Shown here: piece by piece, positions 17,816 through 24,610 of the stretch
Layout: every line of letters starts with the position of its first letter
Position numbering within the stretch: the stretch's first letter is position 1
NCBI GenBank assembly: GCA_963636305.1
Contig: CAVHKB010000001.1
Span: forward strand, 1-42,018
Length of the DNA: 42,018 nucleotides
DNA from: Prevotella sp. P5-108
GTDB lineage: Bacteria > Bacteroidota > Bacteroidia > Bacteroidales > Paludibacteraceae
Reading direction: 5' to 3'
Translations under genes and position numbers: made by a program
Notes under the pieces: generated by a model
The model's input: only the letters and a program-made list of their open reading frames with translations
Told to the model about the DNA's origin: nothing
Databases searched by the model: none

Positions 17816-18123
17816 CGACTAATTCTTGATACTGGCAAAAAAGATAGACCTTTGTGTTCGGAAAAAATGTCCGTAGGTTCTTTTTTCTGCTTCCCGACCC
17901 TCAAAATAGAAGACAAATCCCTCCGTCCCCGCAAGCAAAAAAACTCGTCCTTCCCTCTCAATATCTGCGACCTGATGTTGTCCTTCCGAAATCTTTGGAA
18001 ACGCAAAGCGAATTGTTAAAAAATAGATGTATTTCTCCTGGCGAAAACATTCCGTTTTCCCTCCCGTTCCCTCACGGTCGCCCTCCGCAATGCCCCGTAA
18101 ACACTGACTGTTTCAAAGGTTTT

Positions 18124-18200
18124 ATATACCATTTATATAGGACGAATATAGGACGCATATAGGAAGAACATAGAATCCGTATCGGAAACATACAAAAAAC
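18124..18200 (+). repeat. Copy B of the ATATAGGACGA-type 11-bp phased array (seven units)
   Basis: Units: ATATACCATTT ATATAGGACGA ATATAGGACGC ATATAGGAAGA ACATAGAATCC GTATCGGAAAC ATACAAAAAAC. AATTGTTAA lies at 18011-18019 upstream, with C-rich CCCTC phased segments in between. Confidence 0.9.
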
Positions 18201-18227
18201 AAGGGGATCTAAAATATAAATCCCCTT
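18193..18227 (-). terminator. Rho-independent terminator downstream of panB (potentially bidirectional)
   Basis: 8-bp stem AAGGGGAT/ATCCCCTT (18201-18208 / 18220-18227) with an 11-nt loop. On the minus strand it is followed by GTTTTTTG. On the plus strand it is followed by TTTTAT. Confidence 0.65.
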
Positions 18228-18346
18228 TTATAAAACGGCTTGTTTCAACGCCTCTTGCTGCGGTACTCGTCCGTCAATGCCGTGCCAGTCGTACTGCGGT
18301 TTTCGCCTGCGTCTGCGATATGCCCGGCGTCCGCGTTCCCGCCGCG

Positions 18347-19165
18347 TCAGTACTGCTCCTCTTGGTTCGGGAAACTTCTGTCCTTCACCGCTGCAATATA
18401 CGCCTCTGTGGCTTCTTTTATCGTCTCCCCGATATTGGCAAAACGACGCAGGAACTTCGGTTGGAAACCCTGTGTAATACCCAACATATCATGCAGCACC
18501 AACACCTGTCCGTCCATCTCCCCGCCTGCACCGATACCTATCGTAGGGACCTTCACCGCCTGGGTAACCTTCGCACCCAATGCGGCAGGTATCTTTTCAT
18601 ACAACAACGAAAAGCAACCCGCTTCTTCCAATGCCAACGAATCTTCGAACAATTGTTGAGCCTCTTTCTCTTCTTTAGCGCGCAACGCATAACCGCCGAA
18701 CTGATTGACACTCTGCGGCGTCAAACCCAAATGAGCCATCACTGGAATACCCGATGCCGTCAACTTCTTCACAAGTGGGACAATCTGTCGGCCACCCTCA
18801 ATCTTAAGTCCGTCGGCACCTGTTTCTTTCATCACCCGTACTGCATTCGCCATCGCACGCTCCTCCGACTCCTGATACGAACCGAATGGCATATCAAACA
18901 ACACAAATGCACGCTGCGCCGCTTTTCTTACTCCTTTTGTTAGGAATATCATCTCATCAAGCGTTATAGGTAGTGTCGTGGAGTTACCACACACTACATT
19001 CGATGCCGAATCACCCACTAAAATAATATCTATACCTGCTGAATCAATCAGTGAGGCTAAGGTGTAATCGTATGCCGTCAGCATACTGATTTTCTCTCCG
19101 TCGGCTTTCATCTGCCGAAGAGTACGGGTACTTACCCGTTGGCTCTGTCCTGAATGTACTGACAT
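18347..19165 (-). CDS. panB: 3-methyl-2-oxobutanoate hydroxymethyltransferase (ketopantoate hydroxymethyltransferase)
   Basis: 272 aa with typical PanB sequence (MLTAYDY, ILVGDS, the DMPFGSY block, KIEGG). It begins 18 nt downstream of the preceding gene on the same strand. Confidence 0.9.
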   Translation of the reverse strand: MSVHSGQSQRVSTRTLRQMKADGEKISMLTAYDYTLASLIDSAGIDIILVGDSASNVVCGNSTTLPITLDEMIFLTKGVRKAAQRAFVLFDMPFGSYQESEERAMANAVRVMKETGADGLKIEGGRQIVPLVKKLTASGIPVMAHLGLTPQSVNQFGGYALRAKEEKEAQQLFEDSLALEEAGCFSLLYEKIPAALGAKVTQAVKVPTIGIGAGGEMDGQVLVLHDMLGITQGFQPKFLRRFANIGETIKEATEAYIAAVKDRSFPNQEEQY

Positions 19166-19183
19166 ATTATTTCTGATATAAAC

Positions 19184-20683
19184 TTATTGACGCAATTCTT
19201 TGTGGTCCTTCAACAACCGTTGCACCGCAAACTTGCCTGTCACAACCGCATTAGGCAAACCGCCCGGTGCTTGCAACCACTGACCCGCAAGATACAAGTT
19301 ATCTACCCCCTTCACACGACCCCTGTGATAAATCTTTTCGTTCTGCGAGGTAAGCGCAAAACTCATAAATGCCCCCTTATATACATTGCAATAACGGCTA
19401 TTGGTCACGGGCGTCGCCACATCCAACAACTTCAATTGCCCGCACAACTCTGAAAAACGCTTTTCTAATGCCTTCTGTACACTCTGGGCAACAAGATACT
19501 TTTCCACCTTGTATGCCTGGTAATCGCTTCTGCGCAACTCCGCCCAATAATCATAATCCTCCTCATATTGCGTCAATAGCACCTGCAAAATGCTTTTGCC
19601 TTCCGGCGAAAACGATGCCTCGTAATTGAAGTGTTTCAAAAAGCCTGTATCTACCGCACGCCCGTCTATCTCCAAGTTGTCAATATCCAATACCATAGCA
19701 CACGGAATATCACGAGTAATATGGTCCACTGCAAAATACAAGTTGACACTGCTGTAGGTCGGATATTTCTTCGGCAATCCGATAAAATGCTCATGCATAT
19801 ACTGGTCCGTATATTCTTTCGGCAACAGATTGACCATCGTATGATAAAGGTCGCAGGCTGCAATAATGTAATCTGCTTCCACGGTTATACCATTGCTGAA
19901 ACTGACAGAATAGGCGTGTCCCTCCTGTATGTTGATTCGCTCTGCCTCCCAGCCTGTATAAATCTTGCCACCAGTTGCCTTGTACCTCTCCACTATTCTG
20001 TCTGCCATACCCTTGCTCCCACCTTCAGGCAAGTCTGCATTGTCGTTGCAAAACGCTGCATATACGTAGAACAAAGAAGATACATTGTAAAACTTTGGGA
20101 AATAAACATTCAGCATCTTTCGGATAAGTGGGTTCGTAAAGCGTTCCGCATACTCCGATATAAGCATCTTCGAATAAACTCTGTGTACTTTCCCTACCTT
20201 CCTCATCGACCATACCAACTTCGCATATTCCCACAGCGACAGTTGCTCCATAGGCTTGTCTGCCACCAACGCCACATCCTGGTAGATATGCAGCAACTTG
20301 ATAAACTCGTCTATATGCTTCTTGTCTTCCGGCGCAATACGCAACAGGTCCTTGTGCAATCGGTCAATATCATGCCAGACATTCAAGGTCTGTCCCTCCA
20401 ACTCTACCTGCATAAACGACTCAGGTTGTATCACGCGCACATCATCGCCCAACACCCCTATGTCCTTCCATACTTTGTAAATAGCAGTCTTTGAGTTCGT
20501 GCCTGTAAGCCAATGCACACAATTATCAATCAAATAACCTTTGCGCTTCCACCAAGATAACAATCCGCCAGGAGTATGATGACGCTCATATACGGCACTC
20601 TCCAAACCCGCCTTCTGCGCATATATCCCAGCCGTTATTCCCGCTACGCCTCCCCCAATAATCAATACTTTTGCCATAATCAA
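19184..20683 (-). CDS. NAD(P)/FAD-dependent oxidoreductase, phytoene-desaturase (CrtI)-like family
   Basis: N-terminal Rossmann motif VLIIGGGVAGITAG. Its ~500-aa length and C-terminal GQW..PGGLPN segment are typical of amine-oxidase/CrtI-type flavoenzymes. TACTTTTG -7 box at 20757-20764. Confidence 0.65.
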   Translation of the reverse strand: MIMAKVLIIGGGVAGITAGIYAQKAGLESAVYERHHTPGGLLSWWKRKGYLIDNCVHWLTGTNSKTAIYKVWKDIGVLGDDVRVIQPESFMQVELEGQTLNVWHDIDRLHKDLLRIAPEDKKHIDEFIKLLHIYQDVALVADKPMEQLSLWEYAKLVWSMRKVGKVHRVYSKMLISEYAERFTNPLIRKMLNVYFPKFYNVSSLFYVYAAFCNDNADLPEGGSKGMADRIVERYKATGGKIYTGWEAERINIQEGHAYSVSFSNGITVEADYIIAACDLYHTMVNLLPKEYTDQYMHEHFIGLPKKYPTYSSVNLYFAVDHITRDIPCAMVLDIDNLEIDGRAVDTGFLKHFNYEASFSPEGKSILQVLLTQYEEDYDYWAELRRSDYQAYKVEKYLVAQSVQKALEKRFSELCGQLKLLDVATPVTNSRYCNVYKGAFMSFALTSQNEKIYHRGRVKGVDNLYLAGQWLQAPGGLPNAVVTGKFAVQRLLKDHKELRQ

Positions 20684-20756
20684 TCTTTCTCACTCAAGAG
20701 CAGTATCATCCGTCCTCCCACCTGCCTCCTCCGTCGGTCCGCTCTCTTTCGCGCTG

Positions 20757-20764
20757 CAAAAGTA
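20757..20764 (-). promoter_or_regulatory. -7 element TACTTTTG (minus strand) for the FAD oxidoreductase-panB operon
   Basis: The reverse complement of CAAAAGTA matches TAnnTTTG, 74 nt upstream of start 20683. Confidence 0.5.
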
Positions 20765-20833
20765 CAATTATTATACCATTTATTCAAACACCTCATTCGT
20801 CCCCCTCTCCTCAAAGGGCAAATCCGCAATGCA

Positions 20834-23140
20834 TCAGTCGTCAAACCCTGAATCATCCGCCCTCAAACGCTTCAACTGCGTATTAGGAAAATAATGCGCC
20901 AATATCTCTTTGTAACTGTATCCCTGCGTCGCCATAACTGCGGCACCAATTTGACACAACCCCACACCATGACCCCAACCTGCACCATACAGTGTAACCC
21001 CAACTTCCTCACTGTCTGCGTCCTGCTCCCTCTTGACTACAAACGCCGAACTATACAGATGCGACGGCGATAGCCATTTCCGTATTTCCAACTCCTTACC
21101 TACTGTCAACCGTCGCTTACTCCCCACTATCTCCAACTCGTATATGCGACCCGACTCACCCCTCTTCAATGGTATCAACGATTCTATCTCACCAAAATCA
21201 ATACCGCTCTTCTCTCGTACCAATGCCGATAGTTCCGCCACGCTGTAATGTACCTTCCACCGATAAAAATCCTGTGTCTCTTGGTCGTAGGTATTCAGTA
21301 CTTGCGACAAAATAGCATGGTCCTTCGTATTGCAAAAAGCCTCTGGAGATGACATAATCCATGCTTCCGCCTCACTCTCTCGTGTCAAGTCCGGTAGAAC
21401 AGCCTCCCGCGCATCTCTGATAGGGCGCAGATAAGGGTGACTCTCTTCTGCCCAGCAGTGTTCAAAACGCTCCGTCGCACCTCCGCACGACTTATAAAAA
21501 CGCGCATCACATATATGGTTCTCCCATGTAAGCACCTCACCCCAAGTAGCCTTCACCGCTTCTTCTACCGACTTACTGCTTTGGCGGGTAATACCCTGAT
21601 AACGCTGACAATGGTCGTCGGCGCATACATCAAAATGCTTGTGAGCATCACGCTCATACCAACGGATATGGCGCGTAGGTGTGTCCTCCCCGCATACTGC
21701 GTTCCCGCTACCTCCCTCCAACATCGGACGAAGCACCCAACTGCGTGAAATAACCGCATGTGCCTTCAATAGTTCTATATCACTTGCAGCATTCATCTCA
21801 CTCGAAATCACACTCTGCAGATAATCCTCCACCCCAGTCACATTAATAGCCGTTAAATGGTCCTCCTCCACAATTATCTCCAATCCACCTGCGAATCTCT
21901 GTTCTTCTTTACGCTCCCAATGAAAGTGAATGCCTATTACCACATCATGCAACCAGTAGGTGGAATATGCCTCCACCCCAGTAAAAAGCAATCTGTCATA
22001 TAACTTGCCCCTGAAACGAATCTTGCCGTCCTCTAACTCCACACTCTGTTCCCCTGTATATCGACTACCGTCCATACACAGCATATAGTCGCTTTCAAAA
22101 CGGAAGCGTATGCAAGGACTGTACAGCACGCCTACTCGAAGCGTCTTTTGTTGCTTTTCTATCATATTGTCTGTCATTTTAATCTCATCACTGCCTAACG
22201 AAACCTCTCTCACAATCTTCTCCAACAACTCTCCCGTCAACCTCCTGTAACTCTCCGAATCTGCCACAATGGCTATACCACTCATCTCCACACATGCAGG
22301 CGAAATAAGTATTTGAGCCTCTCCTTGCGCAAAGAAACACTTCGGACGCGACTCACTCCGCAGAATAACAAGCAATGCATACTCCTCCCGCTCTGCATCA
22401 TACCACGCAACCAAATTCATTCTCGGCTCCCACTCCGACCTCTCTCGCCCGTGCAATGCACCATAAATACGCAAAAACTGCTCCTTGACACACTCTCTCT
22501 TCAAACCCGCTACATAATACGCCGAACGAGCATAACGGCAAACTTTATAAACCGTCACACCATCCTCTCTCCTCAGCAACTCAATGCCTTCACCTCTTTC
22601 GCACATCCGTTGCAGCGGTAACGCATTATACGGAATCGCTTGAAAATGAAAATGATCAGGTGCCGACGCCCCACAATAAGGACCGTTATAAAATAGGGTG
22701 AAGTGTGGCAACGCCTCACACAACACAAACATATCATCTATATGAGGCAATATAGCCTGATGCTCATGCCTCGCTGACGAAATGGTATAATGTTCCTCAA
22801 AAATAGGAAACGGGTTCACTCGAATACAGTAACACCCCTCTTCTCCCTCATGCAAAGGCGACTGCCAATAGGTTGTCAACTGATTCTCTTCTAACCCGCT
22901 CGGACATAAAAAGCACGCTCGCCGTCGCAAACTCGCTGCATCTACCTCTGCCATAACCGACCTGACGCGCTCTCGGTTGAAGCGTATCTCTACCTCCAAC
23001 CCGTCACAAACACACCGCTTCTTTTCAATGTGCCTCAACTGCATATAATGAGCAGATGCCCGCCCGCAAGAGGCTATCTCGCAAGCAAACATCTGCCGTA
23101 TTCTCTCCTCCAAAGGAGAAACAGAATCAATGCTCATCAT
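20834..23140 (-). CDS. Fusion protein: N-terminal DUF4922/HIT(GalT)-like nucleotidyltransferase-phosphorylase domain plus C-terminal SpoIID/LytB-like domain
   Basis: Continuous ORF. Start set at ATG 23140, which overlaps the GT2 stop as ATGA. HFHFQ (HxHxQ) lies at 22640-22654. SpoIID-type motifs are VISSEM (Glu codon 21797-21799), CADDHCQRYQG and GAGWGHGVGLCQIGA. No signal peptide or TM segment. Confidence 0.7.
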   Translation of the reverse strand: MMSIDSVSPLEERIRQMFACEIASCGRASAHYMQLRHIEKKRCVCDGLEVEIRFNRERVRSVMAEVDAASLRRRACFLCPSGLEENQLTTYWQSPLHEGEEGCYCIRVNPFPIFEEHYTISSARHEHQAILPHIDDMFVLCEALPHFTLFYNGPYCGASAPDHFHFQAIPYNALPLQRMCERGEGIELLRREDGVTVYKVCRYARSAYYVAGLKRECVKEQFLRIYGALHGRERSEWEPRMNLVAWYDAEREEYALLVILRSESRPKCFFAQGEAQILISPACVEMSGIAIVADSESYRRLTGELLEKIVREVSLGSDEIKMTDNMIEKQQKTLRVGVLYSPCIRFRFESDYMLCMDGSRYTGEQSVELEDGKIRFRGKLYDRLLFTGVEAYSTYWLHDVVIGIHFHWERKEEQRFAGGLEIIVEEDHLTAINVTGVEDYLQSVISSEMNAASDIELLKAHAVISRSWVLRPMLEGGSGNAVCGEDTPTRHIRWYERDAHKHFDVCADDHCQRYQGITRQSSKSVEEAVKATWGEVLTWENHICDARFYKSCGGATERFEHCWAEESHPYLRPIRDAREAVLPDLTRESEAEAWIMSSPEAFCNTKDHAILSQVLNTYDQETQDFYRWKVHYSVAELSALVREKSGIDFGEIESLIPLKRGESGRIYELEIVGSKRRLTVGKELEIRKWLSPSHLYSSAFVVKREQDADSEEVGVTLYGAGWGHGVGLCQIGAAVMATQGYSYKEILAHYFPNTQLKRLRADDSGFDD

Positions 23141-24564
23141 TCCTTTCGGGCATTCATGGCTATACGAGCCTTCAACTCCCAAGTGCGTATCCTGTCTTTA
23201 TAGAGGTTGTTCTTGTTCATAGCCTCTATATCACAGTTCGCGTCTGAATTGTCGTCCCAACGACGGCAGTTGTAAACCACTTCATAGATACGACCAATCT
23301 GATACTCCCTGCTCACGCGCAATCCCACTGCATAGTCCTCCCCATATTTGGTGGTAGGGAAATTAATCTTGCGCAATAGCGGAGTATAGAACCCTCGAGG
23401 CGCACCCAATCCATTGATACGGAGTGCATTATTCCTGCCGTTATCTGGTGTCCACTCTCTGTGGTCTATCACGCCAGGAGGAAGAATGTTCCCGTCAAAG
23501 TCTGTCATACGATAGGTACCAACCACCATAGCGCAGTCCTGTTCATGAAAGGCATCTATAAACTTCTGAACCGTATGCTCGTCATAATAGGTGTCGTCCG
23601 AATCCAACTGAATGGCAAAACGACCGCATTTCGGGTGGTGTAGGGCTACATTCCAGTTTCCGCCTATCGCGTGCCAACTCTTATCCTGAGCAATATAAAT
23701 CAAGTTCTCATGACCCTCCGACACAATCTCTCGGATAATATCAACTGTACCGTCTTCAGAATTGTCATCCACAACAATCACGTTGTATTTATACTGCTTG
23801 TCCACCACCTGGTTCAATGCACTGCGTATCGCCGTGCCTATCGTGCGCACCCTGTTCTTGCACGGTATCACTACCGATGCCTCATACTCAAATCCACCCC
23901 CCTGCAAATCTATATCCTTGAATCGGGGAACAAGATATCCACCTATATCCTTCAAGTGTTGCGTGCAGGCTGCCTCCATCTCTATCTGAACACCACGGTT
24001 CTTGGGGTCCACATAGTCAAACAGTTTCTCCCCCGACTTGCGTGTATCCAACTCAACATCGTAATACAAATACTCGTTGATATGCTCCAATGCCCCGTGC
24101 TGACTAACTTTCAACCGCAAATCATACAGTCCCGCATAAGCATAATCCTTGTCCATTCTCTCTACCGCTGCTTTCAGCGCACTCGTGCGATAAAACAACA
24201 CCGAACCGAAATCAAAGTCATCTCGCAATGCGCCCATCTGGTAATCTATCACAGGAGCATTGCTGCGCTCCTCGCCCACCTGGTTAAAGTGGTCCGAGTA
24301 AACCATTGCGGCACCGCTGTCTTCTATCAACGCCTCCATTCGCTCCAAGGCAAACAGCACAAACGATAGGGTGGTGTACTTGGTGTAAATCAAAGTATAA
24401 GGAGTTGTCGTGTGCGAGGCAATAAAGCGCATATTCGCACTACTGCGCATATCTCCCTTCAGGAAATGTATCTCGTTAACGAGCGGTTGTGCCTGCAAAT
24501 TGGCTACGGTCTGTTTCACTTGTTCCTCACTCTGGAACGGAATAAAGCAATCAATGTTTTTCAT
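23137..24564 (-). CDS. Soluble family-2 glycosyltransferase with an additional degenerate GT-A-like N-terminal half
   Basis: Start at ATG 24564 (MKNIDCFIPF). The canonical GT2 half carries VVIPCKNR...VIVVDDNSEDGT...QLDSDD. The N-terminal ~230 aa has a GT-A-like pattern (CFIPF ... MVYSDH). No TM segments. Confidence 0.75.
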   Translation of the reverse strand: MKNIDCFIPFQSEEQVKQTVANLQAQPLVNEIHFLKGDMRSSANMRFIASHTTTPYTLIYTKYTTLSFVLFALERMEALIEDSGAAMVYSDHFNQVGEERSNAPVIDYQMGALRDDFDFGSVLFYRTSALKAAVERMDKDYAYAGLYDLRLKVSQHGALEHINEYLYYDVELDTRKSGEKLFDYVDPKNRGVQIEMEAACTQHLKDIGGYLVPRFKDIDLQGGGFEYEASVVIPCKNRVRTIGTAIRSALNQVVDKQYKYNVIVVDDNSEDGTVDIIREIVSEGHENLIYIAQDKSWHAIGGNWNVALHHPKCGRFAIQLDSDDTYYDEHTVQKFIDAFHEQDCAMVVGTYRMTDFDGNILPPGVIDHREWTPDNGRNNALRINGLGAPRGFYTPLLRKINFPTTKYGEDYAVGLRVSREYQIGRIYEVVYNCRRWDDNSDANCDIEAMNKNNLYKDRIRTWELKARIAMNARKE

Positions 24565-24610
24565 TCTTATGATATGTTTTTTACGGATTATATGGCTATA
24601 ATCCTGTTGT

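Noticed and set aside
17737-18006. N-terminal extensions offered by the ORF track. Examples: 16972..18006, 1457..1498, 12355..12393, 24565..24633, 26594..26701, 39246..39311, 34048..34071
   Set aside because: The extensions run into upstream genes, repeats or promoter boxes, and several begin at non-ATG codons. Internal ATGs give N-termini typical of the families (signal peptides, lipoboxes, Rossmann or SPOUT starts) and often create ATGA or TAATG coupling overlaps.
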